From assembly GCA_016215705.1 (NCBI GenBank), contig JACRIR010000130.1, positions 1,456-65,455 of the forward strand: 64,000 nt of DNA, read 5' to 3'. Positions 45,677 through 55,113 of the stretch are shown here, piece by piece; positions within the stretch are counted from its first letter, which is position 1; each line of letters opens with the position of its first letter. A model generated the notes under the pieces. It was given only the letters and a program-made list of their open reading frames with translations. It had not been told where the DNA came from and searched no databases. Position numbers and translations under genes: made by a program. This stretch comes from Candidatus Poribacteria bacterium (GTDB lineage Bacteria > Abyssobacteria > SURF-5).

Positions 45677-46871
45677 CTCGATGCAAGCGGCTCTGGCTCA
45701 GGTGAAGCAGGAACTTGGCGCCGAGGCCGTCATTCTGAACACAAAGACTTTCTACCAGGGCGGCTTCTTCGGAATCGGGAAACGGGAAGTGGTGGAAATC
45801 CTGGCCTCGAAGGACGTCAATATCTGCGATAGCGCTCCCCTGTTAGCGCGACGCGAGGAAGCGTATGCGCGCCAGCAGCCGTCGAGAAGGAGCCGGAACT
45901 CGGCTCAGCCCAAGCAGGGTTCTGTCGGCGCGGATGCCGACAAAGCACGCGGCGCCGAAGCTCATCCCGGCGCTGCGAGGACTGACTCCGCGCGTCCCGA
46001 GGAGATTCTGCGAGAGCTTGCCTCCTTAAAGTCGCAGGTGGAGTTGCTCACACGAGAATACGTGCAGGACCCGAGTTGTCCGCAGGTGCTTGAGAAGTAC
46101 TACCGGAACTTGTTGAAGGCCGGGGTCTCGAAGCTCCTTGCAAAAACAATTGCAGGCAGCGTGCACACCGAGTTGAGCAAGGCCGACCTTGAAAATGATC
46201 AGGTTGTGCAGAAAAAGATAGGCGAAGAGCTCGGCAGGTTGATAAAACTCAGAGGACCCATTATGTGCGACGGCCGGAAAGCCCGTAAGATAGTCATGAC
46301 CGGCCCGACCGGCGTGGGCAAGACGACGACTATCGCCAAACTGGCGGCGCAGTATTCCATCAAAGAGAGACGCAAAGTCGGCCTTATTACAGCCGACACG
46401 TATCGCATCGCCGCCGTCGAGCAACTGAAGGTGTACGCGGACATCATCGGTGTCACTCTCGACGTTGTCCTGACGCCGAAGGAACTTCGTGAGGCCATCA
46501 AACGGCGCAGTGACAAGGAGATTGTTTTCATAGACACCGCCGGCCGGAGCCAACAGAACCAGACGAGAATTGCGGAGTTGAAGAGCTTTGTCGAGGCCGC
46601 CGAGCCGGACGAGAATCATCTGCTGATAAGCGCTACCACGGACGCGGACGAAGTGTTCAATATAATAGATAAATTCAGCGCAGCCGAGGTCACGAGCTTC
46701 ATTTTCTCGAAGGTGGACGAGTGTGTGAAGCCGGGGATGCTCTTCAACGTGCTTTCGAGCTGCGGGAAACCCGTTTCTTACGTTACAACAGGTCAGGATG
46801 TCCCTGACGACATCGAGGTTGCCACCGAATCCGGACTTCTTGCTCTTTTGTTCGGGAACGGCGAAAAATGA
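45651..46871 (+). CDS. flhF: Flagellar biosynthesis GTPase FlhF (SRP-type)
   Basis: SRP-GTPase motifs MTGPTGVGKTTTIAKLAA, DTAGR, and FSKVDE (TKxD-like). Confidence 0.85.
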   Translation: MELKRFRANSMQAALAQVKQELGAEAVILNTKTFYQGGFFGIGKREVVEILASKDVNICDSAPLLARREEAYARQQPSRRSRNSAQPKQGSVGADADKARGAEAHPGAARTDSARPEEILRELASLKSQVELLTREYVQDPSCPQVLEKYYRNLLKAGVSKLLAKTIAGSVHTELSKADLENDQVVQKKIGEELGRLIKLRGPIMCDGRKARKIVMTGPTGVGKTTTIAKLAAQYSIKERRKVGLITADTYRIAAVEQLKVYADIIGVTLDVVLTPKELREAIKRRSDKEIVFIDTAGRSQQNQTRIAELKSFVEAAEPDENHLLISATTDADEVFNIIDKFSAAEVTSFIFSKVDECVKPGMLFNVLSSCGKPVSYVTTGQDVPDDIEVATESGLLALLFGNGEK

Positions 46872-47731
46872 CTGACCAGGCACAGAAACTGCGCGAACTG
46901 GCCGCGGCATTCAAGGCGCAGCCCCGCATCATAACCGTCACGAGCGGAAAAGGCGGCGTCGGCAAGTCGAATCTCGTCATTAACCTCGCCATCACCATTT
47001 CCCAGATGGGCAAGCGAGCGCTCGTGATCGACGCCGACCTCGGGCTCGCGAACGTGGACATTCTGCTGGGCTTGAGAAACAAGTTCAATCTTCAGCACGT
47101 CATTGAAGGCCAAATGAAGCTGAAGGACATCGTGGTGTATGGGCCGGCGGGGATAAAGGTAATCCCGGGAAGCTCAGGCATTCCCCGGATTGCAAACATG
47201 AGCAGCCGCAAACGGCAGGAATTCATAGCTTCGTTCAAGGAACTGGAGGGCGAGGCCGACATCATCCTCATCGACACTTCGGCCGGCATGACGAAGAATG
47301 TTGTGACGTTCGCACTGCTTGCCGACGAAATAATACTTATCACAACTCCCGAGCCCTCCGCCATCACCGACGCTTATGCAATGGTAAAGGTGATCCATAC
47401 AGAAAAACCCGATGCCAAGGTCGGCCTTGTTGTGAACATGGCGCGAACGGATGCGCAGGCCCTGGATGTTGCCAACAAGATATCGCAGGTCGCCCGCCAG
47501 TTTCTTAATTTCCATATTCTTGTGCTTGGCACACTGCCTGTCGACCCGCACGTGCCAAGAGCGGTGATGCAGCGTCGTCCGTGGGCCGAGCTTTACCCCC
47601 GCTCACCAGCCACGCGCGCGGTCAAGGAGATAACCGCCCGAATACTCAACGGTGAGGCTCGGGCCCCCGTCCACGGAAACGGCTTCATACAGAGGATATC
47701 AGCCTACTTCAAGTCAGGCGGGGAAGAATAG
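46868..47731 (+). CDS. flhG: Flagellar number regulator MinD-like ATPase FlhG/FleN
   Basis: Deviant Walker A TSGKGGVGKSNLVINLA, the MinD/ParA family. Confidence 0.85.
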   Translation: MTDQAQKLRELAAAFKAQPRIITVTSGKGGVGKSNLVINLAITISQMGKRALVIDADLGLANVDILLGLRNKFNLQHVIEGQMKLKDIVVYGPAGIKVIPGSSGIPRIANMSSRKRQEFIASFKELEGEADIILIDTSAGMTKNVVTFALLADEIILITTPEPSAITDAYAMVKVIHTEKPDAKVGLVVNMARTDAQALDVANKISQVARQFLNFHILVLGTLPVDPHVPRAVMQRRPWAELYPRSPATRAVKEITARILNGEARAPVHGNGFIQRISAYFKSGGEE

Positions 47732-47737
47732 AAAGGC

Positions 47738-47784
47738 GCGCTTATTCGTGGACACCATGCGGCATGGTGTCCACGAATAAGCGC
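47738..47784. repeat. REP-1 palindromic repeat copy
   Basis: GCGCTTATTCGTGGACACCATGCGGCATGGTGTCCACGAATAAGCGC. Confidence 0.85.
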
Positions 47785-47886
47785 CGTGTCAATATCAGCG
47801 CCGTGTGGTATAATTATGTGTCTATACTTGCAACTTCAAGCGTGAGGGGAAACTGGCGCTCGTTTCCTTATGGGAAGACAAAGTAA

Positions 47887-48870
47887 ATGGCCGACATTCT
47901 AAGTCAGGAAGAAGTCGACGCCCTTCTTGCCGCTGTTTCTGAAGGCGAGGTCCAGGTTGAGAAGCCTGAAGCGCCCACGAAGCGGGCGCACGTCGCCAAA
48001 TATGACTTCAAGAGGCCGGAGCGGGTGTCCAAGGAACAGTTTCGCGGATTCCAAACGCTTTCGGAAGTTTTCGCGCGCGACTTGAGCACCGCGCTCGGCG
48101 GCTCGTTGAGGGCGGTAGCGCGCGTTTCCGTCGTCTCGGTCGACCAGATCACATACGACGAATACGTCCTTTCGATATCGAATCCGACCTCGTACAATGT
48201 GATCCAGCTTCCTCCGATCGAGGGCAACCTGATACTAGAGTTCAATCCCGCGCTCATTTTTCCGATAATAGACCGCCTGCTCGGAGGCCGGGGCGTAGCT
48301 ATCGCAAAGCCGAGAGAGCTTACCGAGATCGAGCAGAAGCTCGTGGCGAAAATCGTAGAGCTTGTGCTGACCACTCTAGTCAGGGCATGGCGGCATCTCG
48401 CCGAGTTCGCGTGGAAGCTTGTTGCCCAGGAGAACGATCCGCAGATCGTACAAATTGTCACGGGAAGCGAGATCGTTCTTGCGCTGAAGTTCGAGCTCAC
48501 GGTCGGTGATATTTCCGGCAGCATGAGCCTGTGTCTGCCCGTTGTCGCGATCGAACCGATGCTCGACAAGATCGGCGCCGAATACACGTTTTACGGCGCT
48601 CGGCCGCAGCATCGAGGCCCGCAGACGGCAAGGATGCTCGAGGAAATCGTAATGCGCACAAGAACACAGGTCGAGGCGTATATGGCCGGGTCGGTCATAG
48701 CCGTAAGTGACCTCCTGAAGCTGCAAGTGGGCGACATAGTCAGGCTCGACAACAATGTCATCGACGAGAGCTGCATCACGCTTGCCATTAACGGGATGCC
48801 GAAATTCAGCGCGAAACAGGGGCGCGTCGGAAACAGGCAAGCGATTCAAGTGGTGAACCGACTCGAGTGA
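47887..48870 (+). CDS. fliM: Flagellar motor switch protein FliM
   Basis: N-terminal CheY-P binding LSQEEVDALL, a middle CheC-like domain, and a C-terminal SpoA domain (LQVGDIVRLDNN...). Confidence 0.8.
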   Translation: MADILSQEEVDALLAAVSEGEVQVEKPEAPTKRAHVAKYDFKRPERVSKEQFRGFQTLSEVFARDLSTALGGSLRAVARVSVVSVDQITYDEYVLSISNPTSYNVIQLPPIEGNLILEFNPALIFPIIDRLLGGRGVAIAKPRELTEIEQKLVAKIVELVLTTLVRAWRHLAEFAWKLVAQENDPQIVQIVTGSEIVLALKFELTVGDISGSMSLCLPVVAIEPMLDKIGAEYTFYGARPQHRGPQTARMLEEIVMRTRTQVEAYMAGSVIAVSDLLKLQVGDIVRLDNNVIDESCITLAINGMPKFSAKQGRVGNRQAIQVVNRLE

Positions 48871-48898
48871 GGCCGGCAGGTTCGAGAGGTAATTTGTA

Positions 48899-49867
48899 AT
48901 GGATGCGAGCAATCATGGGCAGGAAACGCCCGAGAACGCAAATGCGATGTCGAGCCTTAACAGCGCGTTCGCCGGGGCCCTGGCGGCCATTCTTGAGTCT
49001 GCCGCAGCGGCGTTTCCGATTACTGAGGAGTCCGACATACGGTTTTCAGTCGCGCTTGTCGGCGAGATGGGGAAAGAAGAGTTCTTCAATCTGGCCCGCG
49101 AATTGCCTGTCGTTGCCGAAATCGCCCTTGACAAGGATATCGGCGATAGGGCCGCCATGTTGACGGATATTCCCACCGCCGCGGCGCTTGCAGGTTTTGT
49201 CTCGGGGGGAGAACCGACAGGGAAAGACAGACTGAGCGACGCCGATATCATCTCGCTCCACGAGGCATTGAATCCGATCCTCGATGCGCTTTCATCCGCG
49301 TGCGAGGAAGCGACGGGAAGGCCGTTCGGTTCGATAGAGAGCGTCGAGGTTCCGGATGCCGCCGCCCTCCGGCGCAAAATCGAGGAGTTGCCCGATTCGC
49401 TCTATCGTGCGACTGCATCGGTCAGTGTCGGCAGCGTTGCAAATGGGCGGATCGCCATCATTCTGCCTCTCAACTTGGCGGATGCCTTGGCCGAGGCGGC
49501 CTCGAGGAGCCGGAAGCCGGAAGAGCATCCATACGAACATATCGAACCCAAGGGAAAAGAAGATGTGAGCGTCCGCGCTCAAGGTCAGGCGACAAGGGAG
49601 CCCTCAATGGAGAACATCGATCTCATCCTGGACATTCAGCTTAGACTTTCCGCCCGGTTAGGACAAGTGGAAATGCCCATCGCCGAGATTCTCGACCTTG
49701 CTCCCGGCTCGGTCATCGATATCGACCGGTTTGTGGATGAGCCTGTCGAGCTGGTTGTGAACGATCACCTTATAGCGAGGGGCGAAATAGTCGTCGTCCA
49801 GGAGAACTTCGGCGTCAAGATAACTGAAATAGTCAGCCCGAAGGAACGAATTAAGAGTCTGAGATAG
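48899..49867 (+). CDS. fliN: Flagellar motor switch protein FliN/FliY-like (C-terminal SpoA domain)
   Basis: C-terminal LDIQLRLSARLGQVEMPIAEILDLAPGSVIDIDRFVDEPVELVVNDHLIARGEIVVV is the FliN/SpoA fold; the N-terminal extension is like FliY. Confidence 0.7.
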   Translation: MDASNHGQETPENANAMSSLNSAFAGALAAILESAAAAFPITEESDIRFSVALVGEMGKEEFFNLARELPVVAEIALDKDIGDRAAMLTDIPTAAALAGFVSGGEPTGKDRLSDADIISLHEALNPILDALSSACEEATGRPFGSIESVEVPDAAALRRKIEELPDSLYRATASVSVGSVANGRIAIILPLNLADALAEAASRSRKPEEHPYEHIEPKGKEDVSVRAQGQATREPSMENIDLILDIQLRLSARLGQVEMPIAEILDLAPGSVIDIDRFVDEPVELVVNDHLIARGEIVVVQENFGVKITEIVSPKERIKSLR

Positions 49868-49952
49868 TCAAGAAGCGGGAAAGTATGCCGTTGACCTCCG
49901 CGCCTGCCGGATTTGGTTCCGCACGCATTGCCCTTATCCCCCGGATTTCCCT

Positions 49953-49987
49953 TTTTGGGGACACTATGAGACATAGTGTCACCAATG
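49953..49987. repeat. Degenerate REP-1 copy
   Basis: TTTTTGGGGACACTATGAGACATAGTGTCACCAAT. Confidence 0.5.
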
Positions 49988-50069
49988 AAGGAATCCTGAA
50001 TGCCTGGCGTTTCAGAAGCAGAGCGAAGCAATCGTGGGAATACGGGCGATACTTCGGGTGTGACCTGGC

Positions 50070-50858
50070 ATGAAACAAGACGCTGCAACGGCAAAAGACC
50101 TCGCCGGACTTTGGAGAGATTATAAGCGAAACGGCAGCGCCCAGGCCAAAGACGCAATCATTGTCCAGTACCTTGGCCTGGTCAAGTTTATCGCCGGCAG
50201 AGTGGCGATGAATTCACCTCCTCATGTGGAGGAAGACGATCTCATCGGCTGGGGCGTTCTGGGATTGCTGGACGCCGTCGAAAAGTTCGACCTCGAGCAG
50301 AATGTAAGTTTCGAGACATATGCGTCCGTGAGGATTCGCGGCGCTATCATCGATCAGATACGTTCTCTTGATTGGGCTCCTCGCTCGCTCAGGCAGAAGG
50401 CGCGTCACATGGAACAGGCTACGGCAAAACTGAGGGAAAGCCTGGGGCGTGAGCCGACCGGAGGAGAGTTGGCTTCCGAAATGACAATTACTGAGGACGA
50501 GCTGTTTGGCCTCATAACAGAGATTCATGGCGCTTATGTGCTCTCACTCGACAGCGTCGTTTCCGGTGAGAGCGACGACGAGGTGACCCTCGAGGAGGTT
50601 ACAAGCGACTTGAAGAGCCCTTCTCCGGAAAGCTCGGCCCGCCGGAAAGAAGCGGAACAATGTCTCGCAACTGCAATAGCAAGACTGCCTGAGAACGAGC
50701 GCTATGTCATAACGCTTTATTACTACGACGAACTCACGCTCAAAGAGATCGGGAAAGTCATGGGATTGACGGAATCGCGCATTTGCCAGATTCATCGTGA
50801 AGTCATACGAAAACTGAAACAGACCCTGAAAGCGAGCTCCCATGATGCAATCTATTGA
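50070..50858 (+). CDS. fliA: Flagellar sigma factor FliA (sigma-28)
   Basis: Sigma-70 regions 2-4: YLGLVKFIAGR, IRSLDWAPRS, and the region 4 HTH LTLKEIGKVMGLTESRICQIHREV. Confidence 0.88.
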   Translation: MKQDAATAKDLAGLWRDYKRNGSAQAKDAIIVQYLGLVKFIAGRVAMNSPPHVEEDDLIGWGVLGLLDAVEKFDLEQNVSFETYASVRIRGAIIDQIRSLDWAPRSLRQKARHMEQATAKLRESLGREPTGGELASEMTITEDELFGLITEIHGAYVLSLDSVVSGESDDEVTLEEVTSDLKSPSPESSARRKEAEQCLATAIARLPENERYVITLYYYDELTLKEIGKVMGLTESRICQIHREVIRKLKQTLKASSHDAIY

Positions 50859-51378
50859 AATCCTTCTGATACTCGCAGGCGCTCTCTTGCTCGTTCTATC
50901 AGTTTATCTGGAAAGAAAACATCGAGCTGAGACGACGCCCCCGCCGCCAAAACAGGCGGCCTTCGGCCTAACTGCCGATAACGCGCTCAAACTCCAGGCG
51001 TCGTTGACCGAGTTGCTTCGTGAACTCCAGACGTTGGGACAGGATGTTGCGGTAGACCTGGAAGGGAAGCTGGGCGAACTAAAGGAATTGCTCCATCTCG
51101 CCGATAAGAAATTGGAGGAGTTGTCGGAGGCTGAGGATAAATGCGCGCCGCGGCAGTCCGAACAACCGCAAAAGGACAAACAGACTCCTCTGGCGATGAA
51201 GCCCGGCCCGGAACTGCAGATCACTGTGGAGGATGACTACCCTCCTCAGCCCACGAACCGCTACCGGGAGATATATCGAATGGCGGATGAGGGACTCTCC
51301 ATAGACGAAATCGCTCGACGCGCGCAATTGGGCAAGGGCGAAATCCAGCTCATTCTAAGCCTCCGCAAGAAAGACTGA
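50842..51378 (+). CDS. Hypothetical protein (N-terminal TM helix, coiled-coil, C-terminal HTH-like segment) in flagellar cluster
   Basis: No recognisable family. Overlaps the fliA stop. C-terminal YREIYRMADEGLSIDEIARRAQLGKGEI resembles a small HTH. Confidence 0.4.
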   Translation: MMQSIEILLILAGALLLVLSVYLERKHRAETTPPPPKQAAFGLTADNALKLQASLTELLRELQTLGQDVAVDLEGKLGELKELLHLADKKLEELSEAEDKCAPRQSEQPQKDKQTPLAMKPGPELQITVEDDYPPQPTNRYREIYRMADEGLSIDEIARRAQLGKGEIQLILSLRKKD

Positions 51379-51383
51379 GCAGT

Positions 51384-52940
51384 ATGTCTGTCCGCTTCAC
51401 ATCCTCGCTTCCGCTTCACACCACCGAAATGTCCGCCTCTAAGGGTCTCGCTCAACTCTCACACGGCGAGCTGGCGCTCGGAAAAGTCTCGAGCGTGTCA
51501 CCCGACGGCGTCGCAGTCATCAGCTTCCCTGAGTTTGAGGCACAGACCCAAACTGACTCCTCTCTGAAGCCGGGAGAACAGGTCTTCGCCGCTGTGCAAA
51601 AGACTCGTGACCAGACGCTCTTGAACCTGTTGCCCAATATCGAGGAGGGCGAGATTCTAAACGGCGCCGCCGGTGCGGCGCATCGAGAGTCGCTTTTTCG
51701 GTTCGGTGAGCGCGAATTCAAGATGCGTCTCCCCGCCGGTGAGGCCGCCATGCCGGCGGCAGGCGCACCCATTCGAGCACAGCTTCAGGTGATTGCAGGC
51801 AAGCCGTATCTGCAAATGCTCCCGGAGAGTTTGTCGGGGGATGTCATCGAAGGAATTGTCGCAACGGTGAAAAACGACGGCAGCGCGCTGCTGGACGTGG
51901 GCGGCACACCTGTTCTGGCAAAGGCGGCGGGAATCCTCAAAGCGGGAGAGATTATCGGCGTAACGTTGCGGCAGATTGGTGACAAGTTGACCCTGGAAAT
52001 CCTCCCCGGTTTCTCGGCGCCTTCATCGGTAGTCGGTACGGAAGCCTTGTCTGACGCCGGCGGAAGCGATCCCCTTTTGAAACTGTTGGCAGCGCCTCAG
52101 TATACGCGACTACTCCAGGCGCTTGCTTCAGGCGAGCTCAAGATCGGCGACACCGGCCGGGAACTCGCATTCCTTCTGCAACAAGCGCTCAACTCATCCA
52201 TGATCGACAGGGCCGGATGGTTACCCACGCTCGCGCGAGTTCTCGATGTGATTCTCCTTAGTCCGATGCACGACGGCTTCATCGAGCAGCTTAGCGCTGC
52301 GCTCAGAGACTCGGGCATTTTCTTCGAGTCTCGCGCACTTCAAGCGGCTGCGACGCAGAACATCGACCCGACTCTCTCCGGAGACCTGAAACCGGCTCTT
52401 CTCCTCGCGAATCAGAAGCTTTCCGAGATGATTCACGCCGCGCCGGGAGGAGCAGCGGAACCGCCTCCTCTCCTGGACGAGATCGCCGCGAGAGTCGGCC
52501 GGCTCCTTGACCTCGTCACGGCGGAGCAATTCCAGAATGTAAGGCTTTCGCCGACTGGCCAAATATACGTTCAACTTCCGTTTGCCGAGGGGGCCGACCT
52601 CGACCGCGTCGAAATTCGTATCTCGCCCCACGGGAAAAAAGAACAGAAAATCGATCCAAGGAATGTGTCTATCACGCTTGCGATAACGACATCAAGGCTG
52701 GGTCGCATAAAAGTTTCGGTTTCGATAGTGGAGGGGCAAGTAAGTTGCCAGTTCAGGGCGAGCCGAAAATCAGTGGCCGAACTGTTGGAAACCCACGCCG
52801 ACATGCTCCGACTGGGCCTCGAGAAACTGGACTATCGTGTCGCTCATATCGGCTGCCTTATAAGCAATAACGAAAAGGATTTCACGGTTTTCGATAACTC
52901 CGCAACGATTCCACACAGCGGACTCGATGTGCGCATATGA
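51384..52940 (+). CDS. fliK: Flagellar hook-length control protein FliK-like
   Basis: Long Ala/Leu/Pro/Gln-rich low-complexity protein. Its C-terminal roughly 100 aa resemble the FliK C-terminal (Flg_hook) domain, and it sits in the flagellar context upstream of a FlhB-C-like gene. Confidence 0.45.
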   Translation: MSVRFTSSLPLHTTEMSASKGLAQLSHGELALGKVSSVSPDGVAVISFPEFEAQTQTDSSLKPGEQVFAAVQKTRDQTLLNLLPNIEEGEILNGAAGAAHRESLFRFGEREFKMRLPAGEAAMPAAGAPIRAQLQVIAGKPYLQMLPESLSGDVIEGIVATVKNDGSALLDVGGTPVLAKAAGILKAGEIIGVTLRQIGDKLTLEILPGFSAPSSVVGTEALSDAGGSDPLLKLLAAPQYTRLLQALASGELKIGDTGRELAFLLQQALNSSMIDRAGWLPTLARVLDVILLSPMHDGFIEQLSAALRDSGIFFESRALQAAATQNIDPTLSGDLKPALLLANQKLSEMIHAAPGGAAEPPPLLDEIAARVGRLLDLVTAEQFQNVRLSPTGQIYVQLPFAEGADLDRVEIRISPHGKKEQKIDPRNVSITLAITTSRLGRIKVSVSIVEGQVSCQFRASRKSVAELLETHADMLRLGLEKLDYRVAHIGCLISNNEKDFTVFDNSATIPHSGLDVRI

Positions 52941-53251
52941 ATGACGAAGAAAAAGATACCCGCACTCCGTCCCACGGTGGCGGGGATTTCCGTCAGCGAG
53001 CGGTTGCCTTGCGTTACAACCGGGATAAAGAGCATGCTCCGCGAATTGTCGCGAAGGGGAGCGGCCAAATTGCCGAACGCATAATCGAAGTCGCACGCGC
53101 GCATGGTATTACGATTTATGAAGACAAGGATTTGATCGAACTCCTCTCAAAACTGGAATTGTACGAAGTGATACCCCCTCAGTTGTATCAGGTTATCGCA
53201 GAAATACTTGCCTTCGTTTACCGCCTGAACAAGAAAGCCTTCGAGGTCTAG
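52937..53251 (+). CDS. FlhB C-terminal-domain-like protein (EscU/YscU/FlhB-C family, YlqH-like)
   Basis: 104 aa, AVALRYNRDKEHAPRIVAKGSGQIAERIIEVARAHGITIYEDKDLIELL, matching the FlhB/EscU C-terminal autocleavage-domain family. Confidence 0.7.
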   Translation: MNDEEKDTRTPSHGGGDFRQRAVALRYNRDKEHAPRIVAKGSGQIAERIIEVARAHGITIYEDKDLIELLSKLELYEVIPPQLYQVIAEILAFVYRLNKKAFEV

Positions 53252-53261
53252 TGTCATGTCA

Positions 53262-53322
53262 CACTTGAGCCTGCAAGTGTGAGCGTATGGTTTTGTAGGG
53301 GCACGGCGCGCCGTGCCCCTAC
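53262..53322 (+). terminator. Tandem hairpins (terminator-like) including a REP-4 copy
   Basis: CACACTTGagcctgCAAGTGTG, then TTTTGTAGGGGCACGGCGCGCCGTGCCCCTACGGG. Confidence 0.5.
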
Positions 53323-53686
53323 GGGAACCGACAAAACAGAGTTGACAGAACACTAGCCTCTCATCGCTTTGCCACGTATTAGTCACTGCCTGAAATACCT
53401 CAAAAAGGGTGTCTCATAGTCTGTTTTGCGCCTCAAATTGTTATTCGATTGCAGGCATATCCTAATCCTGTCCACCACAAGATTTGCAAGTCTATTCGAG
53501 ACAATATGTTATAGCTTGAGCAAGGAGAATATCTGACTCTGGCAGATTTCTTGCATATATATTTCTCGTTCTTATCAGAACATAAGCTTGGCGATAAGAA
53601 GCGCCGAATCCTAAGCTGGATAAAGACACGCGTGGCTCTTAGAGACTCGTTCTAGCGAACGGCACTGTGTTCATAAGATTCGTTAA

Positions 53687-53998
53687 GTGAGCTTGGAGGA
53701 CGAGGCTATGCGAGCCATGACATGGTTGGTAATTGGTCTGTGTGTGGCGGTGGGCACATACATGTACGTAATGACACTCTGTTACCTCTGCGATGTGCAT
53801 GAGGAAAAGAAACGGGCGAAGCAAGACGCAGAGGACAAGAGGCGAAAGCAGGAATTGCATCGTGCTCTGGAACAGGTGGAAATGCAGCGCAAGCAAGAAG
53901 TTGAGCAGCGGAGACGCGCTGCCCAAGAGCAGAGACTGCGCATGCCTGGCGGTTCGGCTTTCAAGCGTTCGGCAACGACAAGCGCCGTCCCTTCCTGA
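53687..53998 (+). CDS. Hypothetical small membrane-anchored protein with Arg/Lys/Glu-rich coiled-coil tail
   Basis: A TM helix (WLVIGLCVAVGTYMYVMTLCYL) followed by a charged helical repeat. No homolog recognised. Lies in an AT-rich region. Confidence 0.3.
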   Translation: MSLEDEAMRAMTWLVIGLCVAVGTYMYVMTLCYLCDVHEEKKRAKQDAEDKRRKQELHRALEQVEMQRKQEVEQRRRAAQEQRLRMPGGSAFKRSATTSAVPS

Positions 53999-54343
53999 GG
54001 CCGGGTGGATTCGCGGACGCTTTATTGCGTCCGACAGCGATAGATGATAAAATTAAAAGGGATTGGAGAGATCAGGGAAAAAAAGAGGAGAGGCAAATCC
54101 CCAGATACTAACAACTCACAAATAGTTTGCGGGCAACCTTAATAGGTGTGGGTGGACGGTGGGCGTCGGTTAACGGGGACGACCGACGCCTATGCCCGCA
54201 AAATAAATAGATTTCGGGAAAGATATTCCGCACCTCCTAAAATAAAAAACGGGAGTCCCGCGTGCCAGTCGGAATACTTTCCCGAATTTTTTTGTCTCGG
54301 GAGCACCGAAAGACGAACGGGCGAGAATCCCGCGCACACGGGC

Positions 54344-54386
54344 GCTAATTTGGGGACACCATGCGGCATGGTGTCCCCAAATTAGC
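54344..54386. repeat. REP-1 palindromic repeat copy
   Basis: GCTAATTTGGGGACACCATGCGGCATGGTGTCCCCAAATTAGC. Confidence 0.85.
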
Positions 54387-54416
54387 TTGTCTTTACGCTA
54401 AGTATTCTTGCGCGGA

Positions 54417-54938
54417 TTATGTCAGGCGGGCTGTTTCGGAATAGCGTTTCGGCAGCGTCTGGTAGAGTTCGGTGGCGAATCTCCACAACTGCTCCTGCTC
54501 GGGGGTGACGTCGCCAACGATCTTACCCGGCACACCCATCAGAATCTTCATCGGTGGAACCTGCATCCGGACAGGAACCACGCAGCCGCTGCCGATGATG
54601 CAGTTATCGCCGATGTCGGCAAAGTCTTGAACGACTGCATTCATGCCTACGAGCACGTGCTCGTGGAGTATCACGCCATGCAGGATTGAACCGTGGCCGA
54701 CATGACTGTTCGGGCCGAGCACGACGGTGAAGTCGGGCCGCGCGTGGATGATGCAATTATCCTGCACATTCGAGCCGTCGCCGATCTCGATGGCGCACCA
54801 ATCTCCCCGAAGGCGCGCGCCCGGTCCGATAAAGCAATTCTTTCCGATCTTTACGCCTCCGATAACCGTCGCATCAGGATGAACGTACGAGCCCTCGCCT
54901 ATCTCAGGCGTTTTTCCCTCGAATTCGTAAATCGGCAT
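54417..54938 (-). CDS. Gamma-class carbonic anhydrase family / left-handed beta-helix (hexapeptide) protein
   Basis: YVHPDATVIGGVKIG, hexapeptide repeats, and the His ligands (HGVILHE) typical of gamma-CA/PaaY/YrdA proteins. Confidence 0.8.
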   Translation of the reverse strand: MPIYEFEGKTPEIGEGSYVHPDATVIGGVKIGKNCFIGPGARLRGDWCAIEIGDGSNVQDNCIIHARPDFTVVLGPNSHVGHGSILHGVILHEHVLVGMNAVVQDFADIGDNCIIGSGCVVPVRMQVPPMKILMGVPGKIVGDVTPEQEQLWRFATELYQTLPKRYSETARLT

Positions 54939-54962
54939 AAGCCTTCTCCTTTAGACCTCATA

Positions 54963-55092
54963 ATCAAACCGCAAAGGCGCAAAGTTCGCAAAGGGTAAGA
55001 AAGTCTAGACTGCGAATAACATCGAATCAAATGAAGGTTGTTTTCATTCTCACTTGTTCTTCTTTGCGAACTTTGCGCCTTTGCGGTTTGAT
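54963..55092. repeat. REP-3 MITE-like element with ~30-bp terminal inverted repeats
   Basis: ATCAAACCGCAAAGGCGCAAAGTTCGCAAAG ... CTTTGCGAACTTTGCGCCTTTGCGGTTTGAT flank about 65 bp of AT-rich core. Confidence 0.75.
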
Positions 55093-55113
55093 TTGCTCCT
55101 TTTCGCGTGTCGC

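Noticed and set aside
45014-46910. Minus-strand ORFs of 203 aa and 294 aa
   Set aside because: Antisense to flhA and flhF.
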